Shown here: piece after piece, positions 40,174 to 49,665 of the stretch
Numbering within the stretch: position 1 is the first letter of the stretch
Layout of the letters: every line of letters begins with the position of its first letter
Program-made: the position numbers and the translations under genes
DNA from: an uncultured Gammaproteobacteria bacterium
GTDB taxonomy: Bacteria > Patescibacteriota > Microgenomatia > JAMCZE01
NCBI GenBank assembly: GCA_964576435.1
Contig: CAZNUP010000001.1
Location: 611,030-675,029, forward strand
Length of the DNA: 64,000 bases
Reading direction: 5' to 3'
Notes under the pieces: generated by a model
The model's database searches: none
What the model was told of the DNA's origin: nothing
What the model saw: the letters and a program-made list of their open reading frames with translations, nothing else

Positions 40174-40835
40174 ATATTTTGTGATTTTGGATTATTTTTA
40201 GCCCAAGAAAGAAGCCAGTCTCTTTGCCAATCATCAACGCCACCTTCAAAAAGCCTAGACTCAGCGATCGCCTTATCCATAGGCCACTTATCAACTTCAA
40301 ACCTATAAAGGGCAACTAAAGTTCCAGTTCTTCCATATCCACCTCTACAATGAACATGAACTAATCCCTTTTCATTTTTAACTATATTTAAAAACTGTTT
40401 AGCTTGTTCATTTGTGGGTATGCCACCATCTTCAATTGGGAGTTCAACATAATTAAAATTATCACCATGTTGTCCAGCAATTACTTTATCTTCTGTTTCT
40501 TCATCATATTCACCTGGATATCTAAGACTAATTATCGTTTTGTACCCAGCTTCTTTAAGATAAGCGAAATCCGTCAGATTTGGCTGGCCAGACCGACTTA
40601 ATTTCCCATCTTTAACTACAGCAAAAGACCAAAACCCATATTCATTAGGAACTCCATTAGCTCCAAATCTGGGACCATGAAATTCAGGAGTTGATTTTTT
40701 TGTTTGTGTTGAAATGTACCTTTTAATTGCAATTTCGGACTGAATTTCTGGCTGCTTCTTTTTTAAAGAAAAAAGTCCAAAAACCCAAACACCGCAAAAA
40801 AATACGGCTAAAGCTAGCTTCACTTTATTTTTCAT
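40170..40835 (-). CDS. Membrane-anchored dual-specificity/tyrosine phosphatase
   Basis: HCRGGYGRTG P-loop, RSGQP; start at ATG 40835. Confidence 0.88.
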   Translation of the reverse strand: MKNKVKLALAVFFCGVWVFGLFSLKKKQPEIQSEIAIKRYISTQTKKSTPEFHGPRFGANGVPNEYGFWSFAVVKDGKLSRSGQPNLTDFAYLKEAGYKTIISLRYPGEYDEETEDKVIAGQHGDNFNYVELPIEDGGIPTNEQAKQFLNIVKNEKGLVHVHCRGGYGRTGTLVALYRFEVDKWPMDKAIAESRLFEGGVDDWQRDWLLSWAKNNPKSQNI

Positions 40836-40929
40836 AAAAACATCATTTATGCACGTATTATATGACAAATCAGGGTTATTCTTTAAACTTCCTCTTGAAT
40901 CTTATTTAGAATTGTAAGAAAATGTATTT

Positions 40930-41046
40930 ATGAGCAAAAAGTGGTTAAAGGTGATAATAATCTTAGTAATTGTGGGACTAGTTCTTTCGAGTATCCTTTT
41001 TACTTTCTCTAGTGTTTTTCTCCCAACAAGTCAACAAATCTATTAA
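40930..41046 (+). CDS. Putative 38-aa single-TM protein
   Basis: MSKKWLKVIIILVIVGLVLSSILFTFSSVFLPTSQQIY*. Confidence 0.55.
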   Translation: MSKKWLKVIIILVIVGLVLSSILFTFSSVFLPTSQQIY

Positions 41047-41074
41047 TAATCTACAAAGGAGGTGACATAAATTT

Positions 41075-41584
41075 ATGGCAGCAAACGTAATGGAACTCAT
41101 GCTTCTCGTGTTTAAGGATGAAAATTCCGCAAAGGAAGCATTGAATAAGCTCAAAGAAGATCAAAAAGCAAAATTGATCGATATTTTGGACGCCGCTATC
41201 CTTAAAAAGGACGAGAACGGAAAAGTTCACTACCAAGAATTGGTCGATATGGAATACAGGAAAAAAGGCCTACTCGTTGGAGGAGGCGCTGGTGTTCTTT
41301 TGGCTCTACTTGGTGGACCAGCAGGTCTTTTGGTCTCTGCAGCAATTGGTGCAGGAGCTGGAGGTCTTGTTTCGAAACTTAAAGACAAAGGTGTACCAAA
41401 TGAAACCCTTAAAGAATGGGCAAATGAACTCGACAAAGGTTCTTCAGCCCTCGTTGCTCTCGTTGAGCACATTTGGGTTGATAAAGTTATCGACGATGTC
41501 GCTGATTACACAGCTTCAGTTGTGAGAAAACAACTTGAAGATGAAGCAGCAACAACGATCCTAACTGTTTCTGAAGAAAAGTAA
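41075..41584 (+). CDS. DUF1269 family membrane protein
   Basis: 'DAA...KDENGKV', glycine-zipper helices, 'GSSALV.L'; strong SD. Confidence 0.88.
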   Translation: MAANVMELMLLVFKDENSAKEALNKLKEDQKAKLIDILDAAILKKDENGKVHYQELVDMEYRKKGLLVGGGAGVLLALLGGPAGLLVSAAIGAGAGGLVSKLKDKGVPNETLKEWANELDKGSSALVALVEHIWVDKVIDDVADYTASVVRKQLEDEAATTILTVSEEK

Positions 41585-41607
41585 TATTTTCAAGGAAATT
41601 GGGATTT

Positions 41608-41636
41608 AAAAAACGGGGCGCAAGCTCCGTTTTTTT
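41608..41636 (+). terminator. Rho-independent (bidirectional) terminator
   Basis: AAAAAACGGGGC-GCAA-GCTCCGTTTTTTT. Confidence 0.88.
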
Positions 41637-41730
41637 ATGTTACTTAAAGAAAATTAAGAGAAGTGTTTAAAAAGACCCATAAAATAAACTTATTGACATT
41701 TAATCTCCTGTGCACAGATACTAATAGGAG

Positions 41731-43671
41731 ATGAGAAAGTTTTTACCATTAGTTTTAATTGTAACAATTGTAGTTTTTACTCTAATACTAGTTGGAAAAC
41801 AAACTTCCTTCTTCAATAAAGCTAGCGAACCCACCGATACAGTAATCACTATTGACAATAGTAGTAAAGAAGTAACTTATGAAGGAGTTTGGAATAAAGT
41901 TAAAACACCATTAGCAACGAATGGGTATTATAGTCAATCTAAAGTAGCAAGTAGTACTGCTCAAGTAAAAATTCCTGGAGGAAATCAGTTTACAATTGAA
42001 TCAATAAAGTGGAGAAACGCTGGAATCGCAAACATTTATATAGATGGAAACCTTTTAGAAACTGTTGATCTTTATGCACCTGGAAAAGAGTATAAATTCA
42101 AAATTGGACCCTTTTCATTGCCACCAGATTCAGACATTCACACTGTAACAATTGAGGTGACTAATCAAAAGAACCCAAAAAGCACGGATTATTTGGTATT
42201 CTTTGATTCCGTTTTATATTCAAAAATTTACACAATCACACCTACCCCAACACCAATTATTGACGCTTCACTAACCATGTCACCGAGTCAAACACCTGTC
42301 CCATCAAAATTGGTTTCTTATGATGACAAAAGCAAAGAATTGTCTTTTATGGGCAAATGGACTGAAGCAAAAACCTCACTAGCAAACGGTGGTACATATA
42401 AATATTCAATAATTCCATTCAACAAAATTAACTTGACCATTGATGGGAAAGGATTTTTTTCTGTAACTACAGTCAAAGAGAAAAAAAACGGGATAATGAA
42501 CATTTTTGTTAATGACCAGCTTGTTGAATCTTTTGACACTTACAACACAGCAAAGTTGTATAACATCAAAACGCCTCTGATTGATCTACCAAATTTAGAC
42601 AAAAATACAATTTCCTTGGAAGTCTCAAGTCAAAAGAATCCTCTAAGTAACGGTTATCTAGTTGCTTTTGACAAAATAGACATTGCCTATAGCCCACCTA
42701 TAACATCGCCATTACCACCCACACCGACCGTATCACCATTACCTGCGGGACTGACTCAAAAGCGAGTTCAAGTTGTTATTTTTGATCCCATTTTAGAGAG
42801 CCAAGGAAATAAAAGACTGTCTCAATATTTAGGCTTTAAAAACTCACAACTAATGACTAACGAAATTATTGATGCCCTAAAAAAAGCAAGTAAAGGGCAG
42901 GTCAATTATGTTATTAACGAAACACAAGTTCTCGACGAATTTGTCCCATATACGGATGGCTATAGGTATACAGACAGTGAATATTTAAACGATTATCAAA
43001 ACGGCACTTTTGACCATGGAGACAATGGAAAGGATCAACCAATGTTTGACTATAAGAAAGTAATTAACGACAAAGCTTGGTGCACCAAAAGAAATTCTGG
43101 TGAAATTGATGAAGTATGGATATGGGGATATCCAAATGCCGGACTATGGGAGTCAAATCTCGCGGGTCCCGGAGCATTCTGGTACAACTCTTCACCCACA
43201 ACAGGAACAACCTGCCAAAAACTTCTTCCGACTATGGGTTTTAATAATAACGTATCTACAGACCTAGCACTACACAGTTATGGGCATAGAATTGAAAGTA
43301 CAATGGAAAACATATTTAATGGGTGGAACTCTGTAACGGGATTTTCTCCTTTTGACACATTTACAAAGAAAAATATAGATTCAACTGGACAATCCCGATG
43401 TGGAAATATTCATTTTGGACCAAATAGTAGCACTGAACATGATTATTCAAACCAAAGCACAGTTCAATCTGCTTGCGATGATTGGTATGAATACCCAAAC
43501 TTACCAAGTACACCCAACTTTAAGGCAACAAACTGTTCCGCTTGGGGTTGTACACAGTTAGGGTTTATGACATGGTGGATGTCACACGTCCCAAACAAAG
43601 ATGGCTTTTTGGATGGAAAATCAACAAACTGGTGGCGCTACATTGTTGACTACGAAAACACTCCTAAGTAA
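41731..43671 (+). CDS. Surface protein: TM + two beta-sandwich modules + zincin-like domain
   Basis: Two copies of the 33001-type module, P/T linkers, 'IDEVWIWG', 'HSYGHRIE'. Confidence 0.75.
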   Translation: MRKFLPLVLIVTIVVFTLILVGKQTSFFNKASEPTDTVITIDNSSKEVTYEGVWNKVKTPLATNGYYSQSKVASSTAQVKIPGGNQFTIESIKWRNAGIANIYIDGNLLETVDLYAPGKEYKFKIGPFSLPPDSDIHTVTIEVTNQKNPKSTDYLVFFDSVLYSKIYTITPTPTPIIDASLTMSPSQTPVPSKLVSYDDKSKELSFMGKWTEAKTSLANGGTYKYSIIPFNKINLTIDGKGFFSVTTVKEKKNGIMNIFVNDQLVESFDTYNTAKLYNIKTPLIDLPNLDKNTISLEVSSQKNPLSNGYLVAFDKIDIAYSPPITSPLPPTPTVSPLPAGLTQKRVQVVIFDPILESQGNKRLSQYLGFKNSQLMTNEIIDALKKASKGQVNYVINETQVLDEFVPYTDGYRYTDSEYLNDYQNGTFDHGDNGKDQPMFDYKKVINDKAWCTKRNSGEIDEVWIWGYPNAGLWESNLAGPGAFWYNSSPTTGTTCQKLLPTMGFNNNVSTDLALHSYGHRIESTMENIFNGWNSVTGFSPFDTFTKKNIDSTGQSRCGNIHFGPNSSTEHDYSNQSTVQSACDDWYEYPNLPSTPNFKATNCSAWGCTQLGFMTWWMSHVPNKDGFLDGKSTNWWRYIVDYENTPK

Positions 43672-43677
43672 GCACTT

Positions 43678-44367
43678 ATGAAAATACTCCACTGGAACAT
43701 TTGGATAAAAGAAAATCCAGAGAATATAGTTAACTTATTAAAAGAGCTTGATCCAGATGTTGCTTGTTTAGAAGAATTATCTCCGGGAGTTCCAGAAGTC
43801 ATAGAAGAAAGTAGAATTTTTAAAGACTACTACTATCATGATGCTCAAGTCTGGAAAGATAGGAAACAAGGTAATGCCATTTTTTCAAAATTCTCAATTA
43901 GTGACAGGTCATTTACTTATATAGTTGAACCAAAATCCGGTTCAGACAGGCCAGGTTCCGAGGGGAGAGTTTACCTAGAAGTCAAAACAAATAATCTCAC
44001 AGTTGGCACAACTCATCTCTCTTATGAACCAAAGTTTGTTGACAACAAAGTAAAAACCGACGAAGCAAGCAGACTCGAGCAAATAATTAAGACTAAAAAT
44101 GAAAACTATGTTCTTACTGGAGACTTTAATTCGGCTTCAAGTGGAATAGTTCTAAAGACTATAGAGAAATATCTAAAAAATCTTGGGCCAGATTTAAATT
44201 TAAATACTTGGACTACGAAGTATTTTAATTACAATGGTTTCGAGGAAAACAAACTTAATTGGAGATTGGATCATGTTTTTGGGACTAGTGACATCAAAGT
44301 TGAGAACTCTGAAATTATAAAAACAGAATTTTCTGACCATCTTCCAATTTTAGTTTCATTTATTTAG
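43678..44367 (+). CDS. Endonuclease/exonuclease/phosphatase family protein
   Basis: WNI, LEE, GNAIFS, THL, GDFN, LDHV, SDHLP. Confidence 0.92.
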   Translation: MKILHWNIWIKENPENIVNLLKELDPDVACLEELSPGVPEVIEESRIFKDYYYHDAQVWKDRKQGNAIFSKFSISDRSFTYIVEPKSGSDRPGSEGRVYLEVKTNNLTVGTTHLSYEPKFVDNKVKTDEASRLEQIIKTKNENYVLTGDFNSASSGIVLKTIEKYLKNLGPDLNLNTWTTKYFNYNGFEENKLNWRLDHVFGTSDIKVENSEIIKTEFSDHLPILVSFI

Positions 44368-44416
44368 AACACGATTAATCTATTGTATTTTTTCTTACAA
44401 ATGCTAATATCAGATT

Positions 44417-44641
44417 ATGGTAATGGATTTTCTCTGGTGGATCATAGGTTTAGCAATTTGGATAGCAATCGCCTTTTGGCCAGCACGAGTTGCAAGTAGA
44501 AAAGGTCATAGTTTTTGGATGTTTTTTATCCTAAGTTTAATTTTCTTTCCCCTCTCAATAATATTGGCTTACGTTGTTAAAGATAAGAAAGCCCCTAAGC
44601 AAGCGGCAGCACCAACTGAAACTTCTCCGAAGGAAAACTAA
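44417..44641 (+). CDS. Small 2-TM membrane protein
   Basis: 'FWPARVA.RKGHSF..FF' motif; leaderless promoter. Confidence 0.75.
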   Translation: MVMDFLWWIIGLAIWIAIAFWPARVASRKGHSFWMFFILSLIFFPLSIILAYVVKDKKAPKQAAAPTETSPKEN

Positions 44642-44677
44642 TTATTTGCTGAAGGGGTAGCAGACTTACCACTGATT

Positions 44678-46204
44678 TCATCTAATTGTTCTTGCTTGCG
44701 TCAAAAGAACCCATGGAGAACTATCAGGACTTGATGTGGAAGCAGCTGGACTTTCTCCCTCAGTCCACCATTTAGCTTGATAAGGCACTCCGTCAAAAAG
44801 CACTCGTTGTCCAGCTTCATAAATCTCTTTCCCTGACCAATTTGGGTAAGTTCCAACAGGCAATTTAACTTGTGGGATAGGTTTTTCACCAGGCATAACC
44901 GGTCCTATAAGTTTCCAAGGTGTTTGCCAAACTTGTAAAACTGGATTATCTGGTAAATCTCCCTTAGTCCACCATTTAGCCTGATAAACATTGTGGTGCC
45001 AAACTACTTTAGTTCCTTCTAAGTAAGTTCCATTCTTGGTCCAAATTTGGTATGGACTTTTTTGTGGATCATCTGGTTTTTGTTTTGTATTGTTTGACTT
45101 TGTAACAACTTGGATAGATCCAATCTTTCCTGTAAGTCCGTTACCAAGTGTTTTAGAAAACTGTAGCTTGTTTTGATTAACTCCACTACATGAATCAGAA
45201 ACGATTGAAAGATCAACAAAGTTTTCCCCACACTTAATATCCCTATTTGCTGACCACATAGACACTCTAGCAATTCCTTTAGAAATCGCAAACTTGTTAA
45301 GTCCAGTTGCGTTTTCTGTGGTGAATATTTCGTCAATCACATCATTTTGACCAATCATTGGAGTAGCACCAATCTTTGCCCAAATAGAACCACTATCAAA
45401 GTTAAACCCAGCTTGCTCGTAAATAATCCCCAGCTGTCTATGAGTTTCAGTTAATGCCTCTTCTGAAGCTTCAAGCATACTTTGGTTCTTTGATTTACTT
45501 GCACCATAGTCCATTGTCATAACATTAACTCCAGCCAAATTGACACCATTAGCTAATGTCTCGCTAACTCCATTAGTTCCATCCTCTGTGAGTCCTTGAG
45601 GGGCAACAGGAAGTGTAAGCCAAACTTCAAGCTTCTTCTTTTTATCTTTCTGAATTTGTTGGATTTTAGAAACAACCAAAGCTCTTTTCTTTAAAGCCTC
45701 TTTGTTTGTAAGACCTTTACCCTCAAGATCAAAATCGACTGTATCAATATTGTATCTATCAATAACAGCTTGATAGGCTGCTTGTAGTTTCTTTGAATCA
45801 CTACAACTTGTAGAGAGTTCATCATTTAAAAGTCCTCCAAATGAAATAGCAACATTGCCACCTTTTTGTCTAAACCTAGCAATTCTCCTGTCAAGATCAA
45901 ACTGACTATTAGCTTCATCTAAAGTATAAACCCCTCCCCAAGATGGCGTACAAGGTTCATATTTTGACGCTACAACAAATGCCAAAACCACATTTTTTTG
46001 CCCAGTGGTCATGTCAGTTTGTTCAAATGCATAAGTTGGTGTTGCAGTCACATCAACGTAAGGAGCAAACCATTGGCGAGGTGTAGCATCAATTTCTGGT
46101 TTTTGAAACTTGTTCCAGCTAAGAAACCCGCCAAAACAAAGCCCTATTAAAATAAGGACCACTAAGATAAGCCTTGGCAATGATAATCGTCTATTCTTTT
46201 CCAT
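44678..46204 (-). CDS. GH18 chitinase-like glycoside hydrolase with two CBM5/12 modules
   Basis: FAPYVD, ISFGG, DTVDFDLE, NVMTMDYG; two YQAKWWT repeats; N-terminal TM. Confidence 0.92.
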   Translation of the reverse strand: MEKNRRLSLPRLILVVLILIGLCFGGFLSWNKFQKPEIDATPRQWFAPYVDVTATPTYAFEQTDMTTGQKNVVLAFVVASKYEPCTPSWGGVYTLDEANSQFDLDRRIARFRQKGGNVAISFGGLLNDELSTSCSDSKKLQAAYQAVIDRYNIDTVDFDLEGKGLTNKEALKKRALVVSKIQQIQKDKKKKLEVWLTLPVAPQGLTEDGTNGVSETLANGVNLAGVNVMTMDYGASKSKNQSMLEASEEALTETHRQLGIIYEQAGFNFDSGSIWAKIGATPMIGQNDVIDEIFTTENATGLNKFAISKGIARVSMWSANRDIKCGENFVDLSIVSDSCSGVNQNKLQFSKTLGNGLTGKIGSIQVVTKSNNTKQKPDDPQKSPYQIWTKNGTYLEGTKVVWHHNVYQAKWWTKGDLPDNPVLQVWQTPWKLIGPVMPGEKPIPQVKLPVGTYPNWSGKEIYEAGQRVLFDGVPYQAKWWTEGESPAASTSSPDSSPWVLLTQARTIR

Positions 46205-48475
46205 TTAGTTTAAACGTAAAAATGTATGTGGCATAGCTTGCTTCAAGTCCCCATGATAAAGAACCGCTCTCCAGTTAATGTCTTGTTTCTCTTCCATCTT
46301 TTTCTTAGAAACTTTAGGCTTATTTTCAACAAATAACCAGTTCATAAATCCAACCCATACGTCTAAGGCAATATTTCCCAGTCCAATGTAAGCAATAATT
46401 GCCCACGAGGCAACAAATGCGTTAAAGAATGCAAAAGCTGCATTTCCCCAGTTTTCTACTTCAACGTTTCGGTAAACCGTAAAAATTGAAAAGGCGACAA
46501 TTAAAAGTGGGGCGATCACATAAACTGGCGCAGTTACAGTTCTATTTTTAATCTTTGGAGTCCTTGCAAAAGGAATCTTTTTACCAGTTAGTGCTTGTTC
46601 CAATGATTTTAAGATACCTGCAAGGTTAACTGGCAACATAATAAGGTTAAAACCATAAATTCTAAAAATATCGCTTCTATTGTATCCACAATATTTAAGA
46701 TCAGACGCCATTGCTAAAAAGTAGGGAAGTGCCGCTAAGATAACGAGTGGACTCAAAAGTCTTCCGTCGTATGGGTAAGCAAGAAGGAAGATGAGTCCAA
46801 ATGTGGCCCAGGCAATTGAGGCAATATAATTAAGTCGAAGCAGAAATTCCATTCTGGTCATAGTCTCTTGTCCTTTTCTGTTTCCCTTAAATTGTGACCA
46901 AAGTTTCCCCATCATGAGAAGTCCGCCATTTGCCCATCTTCGTCTCTGGACTACCAAAGAACCAAAATCCGGAGGAGTTGCACTATAACTAAGCCGTTCA
47001 GGGTAGTTGATGAGTTTCCATCCATGTTTTGTTAAGTCTATACTAGATTCAGTATCTTCAATAACTGTTCTGTCTTGGATGTATCTTTTAATTTCAAATC
47101 CTCTCTCAAATTCTTTTTCAACAATGTCGTTAAGTGCCGCTTTTCTAATAACAGCGTTAGCTCCGACCCAAAAAGTAGCTCCATAAAAAGTCATTCCTTG
47201 ATGGAGAATGTGTTGGATGTCTGTTGTCGCCCCAGCTAGTCTTTCAATTCTTGAATAGGCACCTCTAAATGAAGAGTATGGTGTTTGTGTTACAGCCACT
47301 TTTTCATTTCCAGGTTGTTGTAGGAAATAGACAAGTCTAAGGCAGTATTCTCGAAGAAGTATTGAGTCTGCATCAAGTGTAAGTAAAAACTCACTATCTG
47401 GAACATTTAAGTTACTGGTATTATGTGTTTTAGTTGGAGCAAGGACAGTTCCTCCCATTGTTTTCTCTTCCCTATAGCTCCCACCCATAAGTCCAATATA
47501 AACATTCAAGTTCATTGCTTTATTAAGTTCGTGAGAAACGGAGATGTACTTTTTTCGTTGGAATGCCTCTATATCTGCTTGGAATGTCCAAACCAGTCTT
47601 CTATAAAGTTGAAGGGCCCTGTCAAATGGAATGGCTTCATTGTCTTTAACTGCCATCTTGAGTGCTTTTGCCACAAGATCAAAATCAGAAGCAAGCTCAC
47701 CAAAAACTTGATCGGCAAAAAACACATCAACGTGATCCTCTATTTTTTCTTCTTTACTTTTTTGTCTAAGCCAACTGGATGCCCAAAGGTAACTTTCGGC
47801 AAGCTTAAGTGTTTCATGATTTGAAATCTTTCCTCGTCCTGAGTTTATCGTCTTAAAGTCATTAAAAGATTTTTTGAATTTTATATATGGTTCAGACAAG
47901 AACAATTTAATATCTTTGCCAATATTAAGTGTTTTTTCTTGTCTTTTAGCTTCATTTGGATCTGCTGGATTAGGCTTGTCATCAACTAACAGAACGATTT
48001 TGAGACTTGGATATTCTTGAAGAGCTGCAGAAAGTAATGTTTTTCGAATAACTTGATATTCTTCTCTAAAAGAAGGAACTAAGACTGTAATTCCAGGTTG
48101 TTTATCAGAAAAATGCTTATCAAGAAGTGCTCTAGGAACTCTCATGTGACCATTAAATCTTTGAAGTGCTCCTAGTCTAGTTACTAGATAGATTAAAGAT
48201 GACAATGTAAGAAGCGAAACGACTAGGGCGTAACCAAAAGCCTGCATTGTAAAATGATAACTTTGTGGTCCATCAAAAAGCTGTCTAATTATGATTGAAA
48301 AGATATAGAGAACCCAGAAAAAGACTGTAGCAACAATAGCAAGTCTTCCAAGAGCTAAACTCCAAGTAGATGGCACATCATGTAAGGCGGGAAGTGGGGT
48401 AAAACTTTTTTCAGTTCCCCATTGCCTCTTGTGCTTGTCATTAGATTGGACAACAATTTCTTTAAAATTTCCCAT
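46205..48475 (-). CDS. Processive GT2 glycosyltransferase (cellulose-synthase-like)
   Basis: DD, KA.NLN, DAD, QTPY, ED, QRRRW motifs with flanking TMs; start at ATG 48475. Confidence 0.92.
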   Translation of the reverse strand: MGNFKEIVVQSNDKHKRQWGTEKSFTPLPALHDVPSTWSLALGRLAIVATVFFWVLYIFSIIIRQLFDGPQSYHFTMQAFGYALVVSLLTLSSLIYLVTRLGALQRFNGHMRVPRALLDKHFSDKQPGITVLVPSFREEYQVIRKTLLSAALQEYPSLKIVLLVDDKPNPADPNEAKRQEKTLNIGKDIKLFLSEPYIKFKKSFNDFKTINSGRGKISNHETLKLAESYLWASSWLRQKSKEEKIEDHVDVFFADQVFGELASDFDLVAKALKMAVKDNEAIPFDRALQLYRRLVWTFQADIEAFQRKKYISVSHELNKAMNLNVYIGLMGGSYREEKTMGGTVLAPTKTHNTSNLNVPDSEFLLTLDADSILLREYCLRLVYFLQQPGNEKVAVTQTPYSSFRGAYSRIERLAGATTDIQHILHQGMTFYGATFWVGANAVIRKAALNDIVEKEFERGFEIKRYIQDRTVIEDTESSIDLTKHGWKLINYPERLSYSATPPDFGSLVVQRRRWANGGLLMMGKLWSQFKGNRKGQETMTRMEFLLRLNYIASIAWATFGLIFLLAYPYDGRLLSPLVILAALPYFLAMASDLKYCGYNRSDIFRIYGFNLIMLPVNLAGILKSLEQALTGKKIPFARTPKIKNRTVTAPVYVIAPLLIVAFSIFTVYRNVEVENWGNAAFAFFNAFVASWAIIAYIGLGNIALDVWVGFMNWLFVENKPKVSKKKMEEKQDINWRAVLYHGDLKQAMPHTFLRLN

Positions 48476-48669
48476 TAGGCAGTAATATAGCAATTAACTA
48501 TATATAGTACTGTAGGTAAAGATACGCTACAGAAAGACTATTATAGGTTATTAGCATTTTAAATGCAATGATTTTTACCAATAATATAGAACTTAAGAAG
48601 ATTGCAGACATAATTGAATAAGACCAGACCTCTTGAAATTGTAATATCTTTATGTAAAAGTTAATTTAT

Positions 48670-49104
48670 ATGCATAAGATGTTAGTAGGCCTAGTTGTGG
48701 TCTTTGTAGCAATCACAGGGTTCTTTATTGGTACCCAGAAACCAGATTCGCAGGCAGTATTTGCCCAAACCACGACACCATCCAAAACAAATGCAGGAAC
48801 CGTGGCTTCTGCTGCTTACGCTAAGTGTATTCAAAACGGAGGGTTTGTTACTACAGACAGAAGAGGTTCAAGTGGTTTTTACAACATTTGCAATTTCTCA
48901 GACGACATGACATGCGAACTATATGCTCTTTATGAAGCCCAGTGTCCTATTGGTGGAGTTCACACAATCGGCTACAACACAAAACCACAAGTCTTTTGTG
49001 CCTTAAGGGGAGGTACCCCTCAAGGAAAAGATAATGGCCAATGTAAAATGCCAGACGGAAAAACTTGTTCTACAAGCCAAGTCTACAAAAACTTTTCTTG
49101 CTAA
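48670..49104 (+). CDS. DUF333-like Cys-rich secreted protein
   Basis: Two 'C...GG...C..PDG..C' repeats. Confidence 0.75.
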   Translation: MHKMLVGLVVVFVAITGFFIGTQKPDSQAVFAQTTTPSKTNAGTVASAAYAKCIQNGGFVTTDRRGSSGFYNICNFSDDMTCELYALYEAQCPIGGVHTIGYNTKPQVFCALRGGTPQGKDNGQCKMPDGKTCSTSQVYKNFSC

Positions 49105-49269
49105 AAGATGCCTGAAACAATTCCCTCAACTACATTACGTTAGTTTAGCCCCTACCGATTAATAAAAATTACACAATGATATTCCAGAAATCAAAGTAAG
49201 AAGAGTCGTTTAAACTAGTTTTTAAAAAACACTCCCACAAACCTATTCAACCCTATCAAGTAATTTAGT

Positions 49270-49315
49270 TTAACAGTATTATTTTGCTGGCTCTGGTTGA
49301 TGATTTCCGAACCGT
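49270..49315. other. Left att junction (host arm / TGCTG core / element arm with CGAACC)
   Basis: Core shared with the tRNA-Gln 3' end; CGAACC at 49308-49313 is 5 bp further from the core than in the tRNA. Confidence 0.75.
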
Positions 49316-49397
49316 TAAATGGTCAGAAATCATTCCTTACCCCGAATTAGTATATCAAAAGTCCCAACAATACCTACAGCTCTATGCACAGAATTAA
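49290..49397 (+). other. Detached C-terminal coding segment of the serine recombinase (35 aa)
   Basis: ALVDDFRTVKWSEIIPYPELVYQKSQQYLQLYAQN*; in frame with the LSR across the core; overlaps the next ATG (49384). Confidence 0.75.
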
Positions 49398-49650
49398 CTA
49401 CTTTTTCATTGCTGCATTATCCTTATTTGCTGGATTATTCATTGGGATGTTTATAACAACCTGGCATTACCTTGACCATCCTGTGATAAAAGAAGTTGAG
49501 AAGCAGCCTGTAAATGTAGAAAACAACTACTACCTTAAGCGAGAGGAAAACTACATAATAATGCCGACCCCCTATACCACCCCATTTTTTGAAAACCAAA
49601 ACCAGGCAAGACCCCGAACAAGTCTGCGATATATTTTTAGAAAAGGGTAA
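49384..49650 (+). CDS. Hypothetical single-TM protein of the element
   Basis: 88 aa, N-terminal TM; overlaps the integrase-tail frame by 14 nt. Confidence 0.65.
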   Translation: MHRINYFFIAALSLFAGLFIGMFITTWHYLDHPVIKEVEKQPVNVENNYYLKREENYIIMPTPYTTPFFENQNQARPRTSLRYIFRKG

Positions 49651-49665
49651 TCGCTGAATTGATGT

